Assembly (NCBI GenBank): GCA_018400535.1
Contig: JAGYMQ010000143.1
Coordinates: 12,227 to 76,226 of the forward strand
From: Candidatus Cloacimonadota bacterium
Lineage (GTDB): Bacteria > Cloacimonadota > Cloacimonadia > Cloacimonadales > TCS61
Direction: 5' to 3'
DNA length: 64,000 nt
Part shown: piece by piece, positions 17,170 to 27,700 of the stretch
Layout of the letters: each line of letters opens with the position of its first letter
Position numbering within the stretch: position 1 is the first letter of the stretch
Position numbers and translations under genes: made by a program
Notes under the pieces: model-generated
The model's input: only the letters and a program-made list of their open reading frames with translations
What the model was told of the DNA's origin: nothing
Databases searched by the model: none

Positions 17170-17946
17170 TCATTTAAATCTTTCAAAGTAATCATTTATT
17201 TCTTCTCTCATTTCTTCACCTGCAATTTCAAAACAATCTAACAATTCTTCATATGATCCTTCCCCACCAAGAAAATCCCAGAAATCTTTAGCAACTTTTA
17301 ACTCTTTGTCAATATCAATCATACCTTTAACTGTCCAAAATTGATAGGGTTTTGGTTCAAATGGATTGTAAGGTATTGCAACTAGTGTATTCAGTTTTGC
17401 TGATGGTTTTTTATAAAAACTTATTGCTGCCCATTCTAACAAGGTTCTTTTAAAATCTTTGAAATTACTCTTATTGGGTTTTGCGGTTTTTAGATCAAAT
17501 AGGTAAATATTTTCATCTTTATCTCTAACAAACAAATCTACTTTAACTGGTTTCAGCTTGTGGATACCGCCATCTTGGGCAACAAGGCGTATTCTCTCCA
17601 TTTCAGTTTCCTTATCAACATCAACACCAACAGATAAATCATCAATAATATTTTGAATTTCCCTCTGAGCTGATTCACTTATCTCATTTCCAACATTAAA
17701 TTGATAATTTACTTCAACAAATTTTCTTCTTGCTAGTTTAGCTGCTACAGGCTCAAAAATCGATGTTCCAAATGTAGTATTTAAAGATTGGATAAAAGAA
17801 AATAATTCCATTCTATCTCTTCCTAGCAACCTAAAATGAAAAGGTTTCTCAATACCCTTAGGATTATAATCTCTAAATTTATTTCTCAAACAAGATTTAA
17901 TTGTTTTTACTATCTCAGAATATTCTTTATGATCAAATGACATCAT
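17170..17946 (-). CDS. Type II restriction endonuclease, PD-(D/E)xK type, possibly TdeIII-like
   Basis: Candidate catalytic segment VDLFVRDKDENIYLFDLKTAKPN (D...D-x-K pattern). The FHFRLLGRDRMELFSFIQSLNTTFGTSIFEP block matches what I recall from TdeIII-family enzymes (unverified). 14-nt overlap with the methyltransferase gene. Confidence 0.6.
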   Translation of the reverse strand: MMSFDHKEYSEIVKTIKSCLRNKFRDYNPKGIEKPFHFRLLGRDRMELFSFIQSLNTTFGTSIFEPVAAKLARRKFVEVNYQFNVGNEISESAQREIQNIIDDLSVGVDVDKETEMERIRLVAQDGGIHKLKPVKVDLFVRDKDENIYLFDLKTAKPNKSNFKDFKRTLLEWAAISFYKKPSAKLNTLVAIPYNPFEPKPYQFWTVKGMIDIDKELKVAKDFWDFLGGEGSYEELLDCFEIAGEEMREEINDYFERFK

Positions 17947-19510
17947 TACCCTTCATATGAAAAATTATCTCACTATAGGCAGATTTATCTTTTTCAGTAC
18001 GATTTAAAACCGGTCTTTTATATTGTTTTATAATTTTCAAACCCGATTTTTTGGCAATAGTCGGATACATATTAAATTTGTCATTAGCTACTAGTAGAAT
18101 ATCAAAATTATCACACATAAATTTTTTGCAATTCAACAAAACTTTTGATATCCCATTTATGTATGAATCTCGAGCAGCTTTACCTTTGCCTTTAAATAAA
18201 GGACCAATTTCCATATTCTCTCGGTTCCTAAACCCAAAAAGCTCATAAGCATACGCGTGTTGACGATGATAGTTTATCAAACCAACATAAGGTGGACTGG
18301 AAAATATTCCTTTAACTTTTTTAGTTTTTAGAATTTTATAAAATTCCTGATCTTTTGTTTCTATTTCACTAAAAATATCCACATCTCTCGCATCTGCTGT
18401 TATACAGTGTTGATAAGTTTCTGTTCGTAAGTTTTCGAAATGTGCTAAACGATTTATTGTATCTTTACTATATCTATTCCACCAACTAAAAATGGAAAAT
18501 AATGGTTTGCATATTTTGTAATGTTTTGGACAATAATAGGTTTGATAAATTGGTTCTTTGAGAGTTGCAAGATCAGCGTGTTTTGTAGCTCTACAGGATC
18601 TGATGGTTCTACTTAAAATAATTTCGATAACCTTTTTTATATTCTCATTTTCTATTTTTTCAACAAGCTCTTGGACAAAATCGATTTCTTTCTTTACCGG
18701 TGCTAAATACCATTTGTTTAAAAAAGATCCCTTTTTATCTTGCTTTACGGTTAAATTATACTTCTCGATTAATTTTTCAAAAATGGTTAAAAACTCTTTT
18801 TCTTTGGTTTTGCCAAATTTCCACCCGTTAATTTCTTTTTTTCTTACCCTGTATTTATAATCCGGGCTTGGGAAATACATATTATTGAATTCATTGAGTT
18901 CTGTTACAAGTTCTTTTTCAAATTGCACATTTTTGGAATTATAGATGGATTCTTTAAGTTGATTGGTTATTCGTCTTATCTCAGAGTTCAGTTTATATAT
19001 ATCATGTTTTTTTACTTTCACGTTGCTGATCTGTGAATTAAATTCAGAAATATCTATTCCGATCGCATTCATCGCCAACTCATTGGCTTGAACAAGTGTA
19101 GTACCGCTTCCACAAAAGGGATCTAAAACAATATCACCTTTTTGGAAAATGACATTGTGCTTGAATTCATCTGTATGATCATCTAAAAAATATTCAACCA
19201 ATTGAGGAATGAATTTGCCTTTATAGGGATGAAGCCGATGAACATGTTTTGTACGTTCTTTTTCTTTAAAATTATCGAATGATAAGCGCCAATTAAGATC
19301 TTCACCGAGTTGCTGTTTCCAAACTTTTTCTTTATTTTTTGATCTGTAATATTTTTCCAGTTCTTCTCTAATTACTTTTGTGTTGGAATTGTTTCCAATT
19401 TTCTTTATTATTCCATATTGAATCAAATAAGAAATATTAGATGGAGTAATATTTTCTCCGAATTTTTTGGATGCCCATGTGCTAGCTTCTCTTATCGTTA
19501 ACAACGTCAT
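17933..19510 (-). CDS. DNA methyltransferase (amino-MTase, alpha-type motif order; SPPY suggests N4-cytosine) with an N-terminal HTH-like segment
   Basis: SAM-binding motif I VLDPFCGSGTT (aa ~130) and catalytic motif IV FSSPPYVG (aa ~405) are separated by ~270 aa, a putative target-recognition domain. The N-terminus LLTIREASTWASKKFGENITPSNISYLIQYG looks like an excisionase/MerR-type HTH. Confidence 0.85.
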   Translation of the reverse strand: MTLLTIREASTWASKKFGENITPSNISYLIQYGIIKKIGNNSNTKVIREELEKYYRSKNKEKVWKQQLGEDLNWRLSFDNFKEKERTKHVHRLHPYKGKFIPQLVEYFLDDHTDEFKHNVIFQKGDIVLDPFCGSGTTLVQANELAMNAIGIDISEFNSQISNVKVKKHDIYKLNSEIRRITNQLKESIYNSKNVQFEKELVTELNEFNNMYFPSPDYKYRVRKKEINGWKFGKTKEKEFLTIFEKLIEKYNLTVKQDKKGSFLNKWYLAPVKKEIDFVQELVEKIENENIKKVIEIILSRTIRSCRATKHADLATLKEPIYQTYYCPKHYKICKPLFSIFSWWNRYSKDTINRLAHFENLRTETYQHCITADARDVDIFSEIETKDQEFYKILKTKKVKGIFSSPPYVGLINYHRQHAYAYELFGFRNRENMEIGPLFKGKGKAARDSYINGISKVLLNCKKFMCDNFDILLVANDKFNMYPTIAKKSGLKIIKQYKRPVLNRTEKDKSAYSEIIFHMKGNDVI

Positions 19511-19525
19511 TTTTCTCTCAACACG

Positions 19526-19861
19526 TCAATTCAAGCCGGCGACCACATTTTTATGGGAAACTTCTGAATTAAATAATTTTACTGCTTCACCCGTCTTTAC
19601 TGCCTTAAATTCGATACCCAGATCTTTCATTTTCTCGATAACTTGGTCAGATATTTTCATCACACCAAAAGCTCCTGTTCCTATGATCACTTTTTCCGGC
19701 TTTGCAGCTAAAATATTTTCCAGGTCTTCCAGTTGCAGGTAATGCCCTTTTTTTCTGCGCCAATTCGCTTTTACGTGATCTGAAAAAATAATCACATCCG
19801 AAATATATTTTTTTCTGTTGATAACGATCTTGCCGAAGGAATATTTTTCGATGTTCATCAC
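19526..19861 (-). CDS. Mth938-like (DUF498) domain protein
   Basis: Pattern FGKIVINRKKYISDVIIF...W......H.L..EDLE.IL..KPEKVIIGTGAFGVMK....V...K..GIE......T.EAVKLFN, typical of the family as I recall it. Confidence 0.65.
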   Translation of the reverse strand: MMNIEKYSFGKIVINRKKYISDVIIFSDHVKANWRRKKGHYLQLEDLENILAAKPEKVIIGTGAFGVMKISDQVIEKMKDLGIEFKAVKTGEAVKLFNSEVSHKNVVAGLN

Positions 19862-21216
19862 AAAATATACTTGGAAAGATCTTCATCTTTGATGATCTTA
19901 TCCAGCTGTTTTTTTACTGTTGCTTTAGTTATGTTAACTTTTTTCATCTTTTTATCTGGCATTTGGAAAAGCAAGTTCTCTAAAAGTGTATTCATGATCG
20001 TGTGCAATCTACGAGCCCCGATATCTTCCATTTTTTCGTTTGCCTTTGCTGCAAAATTTGCAATTTCTTCTACTGCTTTATCAGTAAAATTCAGATTTAC
20101 TTTTTCTGCCTTGAAAAGGGCGATGTATTGTTTTGTTAAAGAGTTTTTGGGATAGATGAGGATTTTTTTTAGATCATCATTTGTTAAACTTTGTAATTCT
20201 TCTCGGATCGGGAATCTTCCCTGCAATTCGGGGATCAGGTCGGAAGGTTTGGATGTTGTGAACGCGCCAGCAGCGACGAACAGAATATGCGAAGTATCGA
20301 TCAAACCGTGTTTGGTGGGAACATTGGAGCCTTCCACGATCGGTAGAAGATCTCGCTGAACTCCAGAGCGGGAAACATCTGCACCGGTGCGGTTTTCACT
20401 TCCAGCTATTTTATCGATCTCATCGATGAAAATGATGCCATTATTCTCTACCCGTTTTTTTGCTTCATAGACCACATCCTCTCGTTTTACCAGTTTATTT
20501 GCTTCTTCTTCCACCATTTTTTGGTAAGCATCTTTCACTTTCATTTTTTTGGATTTATTTTTTTTTTTGAATGGAAGAATTCCTGCCATGATATCACCGA
20601 GTGGAAAATCGATGTTCTCCATTCCAGTGTGAGAAAAAATTTCTATATGAGAAGGTTTAGGGAAATCGATCGAAACCTCAATATCGCGATCATCAACTTC
20701 GCCTTTGTCAAAAAGTTTTTCCATTTTATTGCGGATTCTTTGATAACGCTCTTCTCGTTCTTTTTTTTCAGATTCTGTTTCATTTCTTTTTGGAGAAGGT
20801 TTTGGATACAATTTATTGATGATCCTTCTGCGTGCATTAGTTTGGGCCTTATCCATCACTTCTTTTTTCATTTGATTACGAACTGTATTCAAGGCAATTC
20901 CCATCAATTCACGAATCATCGATTCCACGTCACGACCCACATATCCAACTTCGGTAAATTTGGACGCTTCTACTTTGATGAAAGGCGCATTTGCCAACCG
21001 CGATAATCTTCGCGCAATCTCAGTTTTCCCGACTCCTGTCGGTCCGATCAAAATAATGTTATTCGGCATTATCTCTTGTTGTAGCTCACCTTTCACCTGC
21101 TGCCGACGCCAGCGATTTCGTAAAGCGATCGCGACAGCTTTTTTTGCTTCGTCCTGTCCAATGATATATTTATCAAGTTCTTTTACGATTTTTTTCGGTG
21201 TTAATTTTACCATCAT
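19858..21216 (-). CDS. hslU: ATP-dependent protease ATPase subunit HslU
   Basis: [18 protein letters not shown]-terminus, Walker [15 protein letters not shown], Walker [11 protein letters not shown]. The ATG at 21216 overlaps the hslV stop (ATGA). Confidence 0.95.
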   Translation of the reverse strand: MMVKLTPKKIVKELDKYIIGQDEAKKAVAIALRNRWRRQQVKGELQQEIMPNNIILIGPTGVGKTEIARRLSRLANAPFIKVEASKFTEVGYVGRDVESMIRELMGIALNTVRNQMKKEVMDKAQTNARRRIINKLYPKPSPKRNETESEKKEREERYQRIRNKMEKLFDKGEVDDRDIEVSIDFPKPSHIEIFSHTGMENIDFPLGDIMAGILPFKKKNKSKKMKVKDAYQKMVEEEANKLVKREDVVYEAKKRVENNGIIFIDEIDKIAGSENRTGADVSRSGVQRDLLPIVEGSNVPTKHGLIDTSHILFVAAGAFTTSKPSDLIPELQGRFPIREELQSLTNDDLKKILIYPKNSLTKQYIALFKAEKVNLNFTDKAVEEIANFAAKANEKMEDIGARRLHTIMNTLLENLLFQMPDKKMKKVNITKATVKKQLDKIIKDEDLSKYIL

Positions 21217-21746
21217 ATTTCTTCGATCGTTATGTTTTGATTGGTGTAAATGCATATTTCAGCGGCAATACTTAGTGAACGTTTCACGATTTCCCGAGCT
21301 GAAATTTTACGATCTTCATAAAGAGCTTTGGCGGCGGCGGTTGCATAGCTGCCACCCGAGCCGATCCCAATGATATTGTCTTCCGGTTCCAGCACATCAC
21401 CATTTCCAGTTAAAACCAACAAAATATTTTTATCGGCCACGATGATCATTGCTTCCAATCTGCGCAATATTTTATCGGAACGCCATTCTTTTGTCATTTC
21501 CACGGCTGCTCTTTTCAGATTACCCTTATATTCTTTTAATTTTGCTTCAAATTTTTCGAACAAAGTGAATGCATCGGCAGTGGCGCCAGCAAATCCTGCA
21601 ATTACTTTTCCATTATAAAGTTTACGGATCTTTTGCGCATTAGCCTTGATTATTGTATTTCCCAAAGTGACCTGACCATCCCCGCCGATCGCCACTTTAT
21701 CTGCTTTTTTCACTCCGATAATTGTCGTTCCCAGCATTTCTCTCAT
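21213..21746 (-). CDS. hslV: ATP-dependent protease subunit HslV
   Basis: N-terminal nucleophile region GTTIIGVKK, plus GGDGQVT and GSGG motifs. The exact start (M1 or M4) is uncertain. Confidence 0.93.
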   Translation of the reverse strand: MREMLGTTIIGVKKADKVAIGGDGQVTLGNTIIKANAQKIRKLYNGKVIAGFAGATADAFTLFEKFEAKLKEYKGNLKRAAVEMTKEWRSDKILRRLEAMIIVADKNILLVLTGNGDVLEPEDNIIGIGSGGSYATAAAKALYEDRKISAREIVKRSLSIAAEICIYTNQNITIEEI

Positions 21747-21757
21747 ATTGCTTGCAA

Positions 21758-23785
21758 TTAGCTCCTTTTTTCAGTTTGGGGTTTTTCTGTATCTTCGTTG
21801 GTACTCTGTGGCTCTTCTTCTGTTTTCGGTTTTTCATTTACGGATTCATTTTTATTGTTTTCTTTGTCCATCATTTTTGCTTTGTCAAATTCTTTGCTGA
21901 TCTCTTTCACCTTTTCCAGTTTATTCTTAATGATCGTTTCTTCATCTTTAGAAGCGAATTGGATCGTTATCTCCATAATTTCTTCTGCAGATAAAGTTTC
22001 CTTTTCCAGTAATTCTGCCGAAAGTTTTTCCAGTAATTCTCGTTTTTCCTGAAGTATCGTTAAAGCTTTTTTATGAGCTGTTCGAATGATCTTTCGCACT
22101 TCGTCATCGACAATTCGGGCTGTTTCTTCACTCACATTTTCGTGTTGAGAAATATCTCTTCCCAGAAAAACCTGCGATTCTTTTTTGGAAACGGTGATAG
22201 GACCTATCTTATCACTCATTCCCCAATTACAGACCATTCTTTTGGCAATATCCGTAGCTCTTTCAATATCGTTGGAAGCGCCGGTAGAAATTTCCTGAAA
22301 GATAACTTCTTCTGCTGCTCGTCCACCCATCAGACCAACAAGAGATTGAGTCATATAACCGCGAGAATAATAACTTTTATCAGTTTGCAGGAAATGCGTT
22401 GCACCACCGGAAAATCCACGTGGAATGATCGAAACTTTGTGGATCGGTTCCACTTTTTCCAGAAACATTGAACAGATGACATGTCCGATCTCGTGCGTTG
22501 CCGTGATCTTTTTATCTTCTTCAGTTATCACCTTGCTTTTCCGTGCTTTACCCATAGTGATCTTATCTTTTGCTTCTTCAAAATCTTCCATCTCTATTTG
22601 TTTCTTGCTCTTACGTGCTGCCAGAAGCGCTGCTTCATTCACAAGATTGGCAATATCTGCTCCGCTGAAACCAGGCGTCACGCGTGCAATAATGTTGAAT
22701 TTTACAGTAGAAGATATCGGCAATTTGCGTGTGTGAACTTCCAATATTTTTTCTCTTCCTTTGATATCAGGAAGATCGACAACGATACGGCGATCAAATC
22801 TGCCCGGGCGTAATAAAGCAGGATCGAGAACATCAGGTCTGTTTGTCGCAGCAATAATAATGACAGAGTCGTGTGGTTCAAATCCATCCATCTCCACCAG
22901 AAGCTGGTTCAAAGTCTGTTCGCGTTCATCATGCCCACCGCCGAGACCTGTACCGCGATGTCTTCCGACTGCGTCGATCTCATCGATAAAGATAATGCAA
23001 GGTTCATTTTTCTTTGCTTGAGAAAACATATCTCTGACGCGAGAAGCGCCGACTCCCACGAAAAGTTCAACGAAATCAGAACCGCTGATACTGTAAAACG
23101 GAACTTTTGCTTCACCTGCAACAGCTTTAGCCAATAAAGTCTTTCCTGTTCCTGGTCTTCCTAAAAGTAAAACACCTTTTGGAATTCTACCGCCCAGTCT
23201 TTGGAAGCGGACAGGATCTTTCAAAAATTCTACAACTTCTTCCAATTCTTCTTTCGCTTCTTGCACGCCAGCGACGTCTTTGAAAGTTACTTTAGTTTTT
23301 CCACCGACAGATAATTTTGCTTTGCTTTTTCCAAAACTGAAAGCTTGACCAGCACCCCCGCGCATTCCTCGCATCAAGAAGATCCAAATTCCAATAAAGA
23401 TCAGGAAAGGAAACCAGGAGAGTAATATTCCCAGAAATTTGGACGGTTTTTGTGAATAGACGATTACTCCGGCTTCGATCAACCTATCTACCAAATCAGG
23501 ATCTTGAACTGGTAAATATGTGCTGTATTTTTGGTTATCTATACCAATGATCGAAACATTTTTTTCATCGAATCCAACTTTTGCGAGTCTATTTTCTTCG
23601 AGCATTTGCAAAAATTCAGAATAGCTGATCTCTTTCACATCATCACCCAATTTGGAGAAATTGAACATAGCCACGATGATAAGAAGGAGAACGATCCAAA
23701 AAGTGATCGTCTGCGATTTTTTCATTTTGGGGAATTGATTTTTCTTTTTATTATCATTTTTATTTTTGTTATTTTTTTCTTCCAT
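21758..23785 (-). CDS. ftsH: ATP-dependent zinc metalloprotease FtsH
   Basis: Two N-terminal TM segments, AAA+ Walker [17 protein letters not shown] region, zinc motif HEIGH. Confidence 0.96.
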   Translation of the reverse strand: MEEKNNKNKNDNKKKNQFPKMKKSQTITFWIVLLLIIVAMFNFSKLGDDVKEISYSEFLQMLEENRLAKVGFDEKNVSIIGIDNQKYSTYLPVQDPDLVDRLIEAGVIVYSQKPSKFLGILLSWFPFLIFIGIWIFLMRGMRGGAGQAFSFGKSKAKLSVGGKTKVTFKDVAGVQEAKEELEEVVEFLKDPVRFQRLGGRIPKGVLLLGRPGTGKTLLAKAVAGEAKVPFYSISGSDFVELFVGVGASRVRDMFSQAKKNEPCIIFIDEIDAVGRHRGTGLGGGHDEREQTLNQLLVEMDGFEPHDSVIIIAATNRPDVLDPALLRPGRFDRRIVVDLPDIKGREKILEVHTRKLPISSTVKFNIIARVTPGFSGADIANLVNEAALLAARKSKKQIEMEDFEEAKDKITMGKARKSKVITEEDKKITATHEIGHVICSMFLEKVEPIHKVSIIPRGFSGGATHFLQTDKSYYSRGYMTQSLVGLMGGRAAEEVIFQEISTGASNDIERATDIAKRMVCNWGMSDKIGPITVSKKESQVFLGRDISQHENVSEETARIVDDEVRKIIRTAHKKALTILQEKRELLEKLSAELLEKETLSAEEIMEITIQFASKDEETIIKNKLEKVKEISKEFDKAKMMDKENNKNESVNEKPKTEEEPQSTNEDTEKPQTEKRS

Positions 23786-24321
23786 TACGAGTAAATCTCC
23801 TTTTTTAAAATTCCGATATAGGGTAAATTTCTGTAGTGTTGAGCAAAATCCAATCCATATCCCACAACAAATTCATTTCCAACCTCAAATCCCACATAAT
23901 CTATCTTAATATCAATTTTATGAGCTTTAGGTTTATCTAATAAGGAACAGATAGCAATACTTTTTGGATTGTGTTTTTTTAAATATTCGGATATATATTT
24001 CAGCGTGAGCCCTGTATCGATAATATCTTCCACCAGAATGACATCGCGATTTGAAATATCTGTATCGATGTCTTTTTTGATCTTGACCACACCAGAAGAT
24101 TCTGTGCTATCACCATAACTGGAAACCGCCATAAAATCAAGCTCTAATTTCAGTTCAATGTTTTTGATCAGGTCAGCTGAAAAAAGTGTGGCACCACGCA
24201 AGATGCTGATGATGACAGGTTCACGGTCTTTGTAATCATGGTTGATCTTATCGGCTATTTCCTGAACTTTATTCAATATTTCATTTTCAGTAAGAATGAT
24301 CTTTTCCAGATCATTTTTCAT
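23785..24321 (-). CDS. hpt: Hypoxanthine phosphoribosyltransferase
   Basis: PRPP-binding loop VILVEDIIDTGLTL and C-terminal GYGLDFAQHYRNLPYI. The internal ATG at 24321 gives the typical ~178 aa and removes the overlap with tilS. Confidence 0.9.
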   Translation of the reverse strand: MKNDLEKIILTENEILNKVQEIADKINHDYKDREPVIISILRGATLFSADLIKNIELKLELDFMAVSSYGDSTESSGVVKIKKDIDTDISNRDVILVEDIIDTGLTLKYISEYLKKHNPKSIAICSLLDKPKAHKIDIKIDYVGFEVGNEFVVGYGLDFAQHYRNLPYIGILKKEIYS

Positions 24322-24340
24322 TCTATTTTTCACAAATAAA

Positions 24341-25774
24341 TCACTCCTTAATATAGCGTTCAGCTGCACGCATTTTTTTCTTTGATTTTTTTTCGATCTT
24401 AAGCATCAAAATGTTCTTTGTTTCTGATGATGTTGCTACTCGATCATCAATGCGATGACCAGCAACCCAGATGATCTTTTCTTCATCCCAAAGAATTAAA
24501 ATACTATCTCTCTCAAATTTTGGGATTTTTTCGTCAATGAAAAAATCTTTCAATTTCTTCGAGTGCTTCATACCGAGAGGACAAAATTTATCACCTGGTT
24601 GACGATGTCTAATATAGATCGGGAATGCAGTTTTATCCAGATCGATATAAGCGACATTATCATCGTCAGTCAATTTTCGGCGTGAAGGGATTTTTTTCAT
24701 TTTCTTCATTATCAGGCGATAATCTTCGAAGGTGAGTCGATTTCTGATATGACGTATTTTTTTTTGGTGGTTCAGATCAATATTGACTTTGAGCTCATGA
24801 TCAGCGAAGATCAGGCTTTCATATTCTTTAAAAACTTTTATTTTGTGCGGTAGATCAATTTTGATTGTGCCGTTTTTTTTCAGCAAAGATTCGATGGCTT
24901 CGAAATTGGCGTGATAGAAATCTTTGAAATCTCCTTTTAGATCACCATATATTTCTCGGTAAAGGTAAAATCTGAGGACTTCTGGTAATTTTAGAATATA
25001 TTTCAGATCAAGACAGATCATACCTTCTTCAATATGTGATTTTGCTTTATGCAATCTCCTTTTTGCTAAATTGTGCAAAATCCTATCAGTTTGCAAAAAT
25101 ATTTGAGAAGTTTGATATATTTTATTGATAACATCATTATTCACATTATCTTGAAGCCAGGGCAATAATTCATTGCGCAAAATATTTCTGCTGTATTTAT
25201 TGTTTTGGTTGGAAAGGTCATCTCGCCATTGAATATTTTCGTTCCTTAAAAATGTTTCGATCTCTTTTCGTGAAAAAGGCAAAAGCGGATGCGCTATATC
25301 ACCAGCATTTGGCTGGATTCCGCTAATCCCTGTATATCCTGCTCCGCGAAAAAGCCGAAATAAAAAAGTTTCCGCTTGATCTTTGCGGTTGTGTCCCAAC
25401 AGGATCTTTTTCATTTTATAATTTTTTTTTAGTTGAGAGAAAAATTCAAATCGAATATTACGCGCTTGATTTTCCAAATCTGATTCTGATGTGATCGTTA
25501 CATTTTTGATAACCAGTGGAATATTACGTTCAAAACAAATATTTTTCACAAATTCTTCATCTTTTTTCGAATCACCCTTTCGCAAATTATAATTTACGTG
25601 GGCAGCAAGAAAAGAAAATCGATAATAATGTCGTAATTTCCACAAAGCTATTAAAAGCGCAGTGGAATCTGCACCACCGGAGATTCCAACGATCACTTTG
25701 TCATCTTTTCTCAGAATTTTATTTCTCTGACAAAAATTATCAAGTTTAGCTAAAAAGCCGTTATTCATTTTCAT
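24341..25774 (-). CDS. tilS: tRNA(Ile)-lysidine synthetase
   Basis: PP-loop motif VGISGGADS, typical length, conserved position upstream of hpt-ftsH. Confidence 0.9.
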   Translation of the reverse strand: MKMNNGFLAKLDNFCQRNKILRKDDKVIVGISGGADSTALLIALWKLRHYYRFSFLAAHVNYNLRKGDSKKDEEFVKNICFERNIPLVIKNVTITSESDLENQARNIRFEFFSQLKKNYKMKKILLGHNRKDQAETFLFRLFRGAGYTGISGIQPNAGDIAHPLLPFSRKEIETFLRNENIQWRDDLSNQNNKYSRNILRNELLPWLQDNVNNDVINKIYQTSQIFLQTDRILHNLAKRRLHKAKSHIEEGMICLDLKYILKLPEVLRFYLYREIYGDLKGDFKDFYHANFEAIESLLKKNGTIKIDLPHKIKVFKEYESLIFADHELKVNIDLNHQKKIRHIRNRLTFEDYRLIMKKMKKIPSRRKLTDDDNVAYIDLDKTAFPIYIRHRQPGDKFCPLGMKHSKKLKDFFIDEKIPKFERDSILILWDEEKIIWVAGHRIDDRVATSSETKNILMLKIEKKSKKKMRAAERYIKE

Positions 25775-26097
25775 CCAACTACCTCATTATTTTTCTAACC
25801 TGTAAAACATTTTGTCTATTATTATGAGATTTCTGACAACCGAGATCTTTAGAAGCAATCTCAGTTTATTTTCAAAAGATCACTTCTTCTAATAACAACA
25901 AAAGAGAACTTATTTTGACTACTATTTTTTTAAAAAAACTCATTTGGGCAGAACTTATTTTAAACTTATATGATAGCTCAAATTTTTCTTGCCCAGATAA
26001 TAATTGTTTGTTGGAGTGTCAAATAAAAAGCTTGTAAGAAATTGGCTAATTATTATATTTGCCATCAAATTACAATAAAAGAGATAAGGAGCTAAGT

Positions 26098-27687
26098 ATG
26101 AAGAAGTTATTACTTTTGGGAGATGAAGCAGTCGGGCAAGGTGCTCTTGATGCTGGACTTTCAGGTGCTTATGGCTATCCTGGCACACCATCGACAGAGA
26201 TCATCGAATATATTCAACGTAATAAAGAAGCCGCCGCAAAAAAAGTTCATCGCACCTGGTCTGCTAATGAAAAAACTGCAATGGAAGAAGCTTTGGGTAT
26301 GTCCTATGCCGGAAAACGTGCGATCGTGACGATGAAACACGTGGGCCTGAACGTAGCAGCTGATCCTTATATGAATTCAGCTTTGACTGGTGCAAATGGC
26401 GGAGTGATAGTTGCTGTCGCAGATGATCCATCAATGCATTCTTCTCAGAATGAACAGGATTCCAGATATTATGCAAAATTTTCGCAAATGGCAGCTTTGG
26501 AACCGTCAGATCAGCAAGAAGCTTATGATATGTGCTTCTATGCTTTCGAACTTTCAGAAAAATATCATCAACCTGTAATGCTGAGGCTCACTACCAGATT
26601 GGCGCATTCTCGCTCGGGAGTAATACGCAAAGCAAGTGTCACAGAAAACAAAAAACACATGCCGGCAAATCCTGATCAATTTATGCTATTACCTGCTTTC
26701 GCCAGAAAAAATTACCAGCATTTGCTTGCGATCCAAAACGATCTAAATGAAGAATCCGAAAGGTCACCGTTCAATAAATATTTTGATGGAAATGATAAGT
26801 CTCTGGGCATAGTCGCCAGCGGTCTAGCCTACAATTATCTGATGGAAAATTTCGTCGATGAAGCTTCATCTCATCCGATCATGAAGATCAGTCAATATCC
26901 TCTTCCACGAAAACAGATCGAAAAGATAACTAATGAATGTGATAATATCCTGGTGATCGAAGAAGGAATGCCCTTGATCGAAGAAATGATCAAAGGTTTT
27001 TTGGGGAATTCGATCAAAGTGAAAGGACGTTTGGATGGAACGCTGCCCCGCGCTGGAGAACTCAATCCGCAAATCGTGCGCAAAGCTCTGGGAAAACCAG
27101 CTCTAAAAAGTAATAAAATGCCAGAGATCGTCACAAACAGACCACCAGCGCTTTGCAATGGCTGTCCGCACATCGACACTTTTAAGGCTCTGAATGAAGT
27201 AACAAAAGAATATGGAAAAGGACATGTTTTTTCCGATATTGGTTGTTATACTTTAGGTTATCTTCCACCCTACAGTGCGATCGATACCTGCGTCGATATG
27301 GGAGCTTCGCTTTCAATGGCGGTCGGAGCAGCTGATGCTGGATTGTTCCCTTCCATTGCGGCAATTGGTGATTCAACTTTTGGACATTCAGGAATCACAC
27401 CTCTTTTGGATGCTGTCAAAGCAAAATCCAACATTGTGGTTATTATCATGGATAATGATACAACAGCAATGACCGGAATGCAGGATTCACAAGTTACTGG
27501 CAGTATCGAATCGATCTGTTTGGGAATCGGCGTGGAAAAAGAGCATATTCGCGTAATCACACCATTGAAAAAAAATCATGAGGAAAATGTGAAAATCATT
27601 CAAGAAGAAGTTAATTATCATGGCGTTTCTGTGATCATTCCAAGACGTCCTTGCATTCATGTTTATGCCAAACGCAAGCGCAAATAA
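26098..27687 (+). CDS. iorA: Indolepyruvate:ferredoxin oxidoreductase, alpha subunit
   Basis: N-terminus LLLGDEAVGQGALDAG, TPP-binding region GDSTFGHSG, CNGCPH cysteine motif. AAGGAG is upstream of the ATG at 26098. Confidence 0.85.
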   Translation: MKKLLLLGDEAVGQGALDAGLSGAYGYPGTPSTEIIEYIQRNKEAAAKKVHRTWSANEKTAMEEALGMSYAGKRAIVTMKHVGLNVAADPYMNSALTGANGGVIVAVADDPSMHSSQNEQDSRYYAKFSQMAALEPSDQQEAYDMCFYAFELSEKYHQPVMLRLTTRLAHSRSGVIRKASVTENKKHMPANPDQFMLLPAFARKNYQHLLAIQNDLNEESERSPFNKYFDGNDKSLGIVASGLAYNYLMENFVDEASSHPIMKISQYPLPRKQIEKITNECDNILVIEEGMPLIEEMIKGFLGNSIKVKGRLDGTLPRAGELNPQIVRKALGKPALKSNKMPEIVTNRPPALCNGCPHIDTFKALNEVTKEYGKGHVFSDIGCYTLGYLPPYSAIDTCVDMGASLSMAVGAADAGLFPSIAAIGDSTFGHSGITPLLDAVKAKSNIVVIIMDNDTTAMTGMQDSQVTGSIESICLGIGVEKEHIRVITPLKKNHEENVKIIQEEVNYHGVSVIIPRRPCIHVYAKRKRK

Positions 27688-27700
27688 GAAGGAGAAAACT

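Noticed and set aside
20558-20568. T11 homopolymer (A11 on the coding strand) inside hslU, encoding KKKN in the I-domain. Considered as a slippage or phase-variation tract.
   Set aside because: The reading frame is intact through the tract and the region encodes a naturally Lys-rich, variable HslU insertion. Nothing suggests an ON/OFF switch in an essential-type protease gene.
26326-26345. parS-like sequence tgaaacacgtgggc inside iorA.
   Set aside because: It shares only the central CACGTG with the TGTTTCACGTGAAACA consensus. The flanks do not match and it lies within coding sequence.
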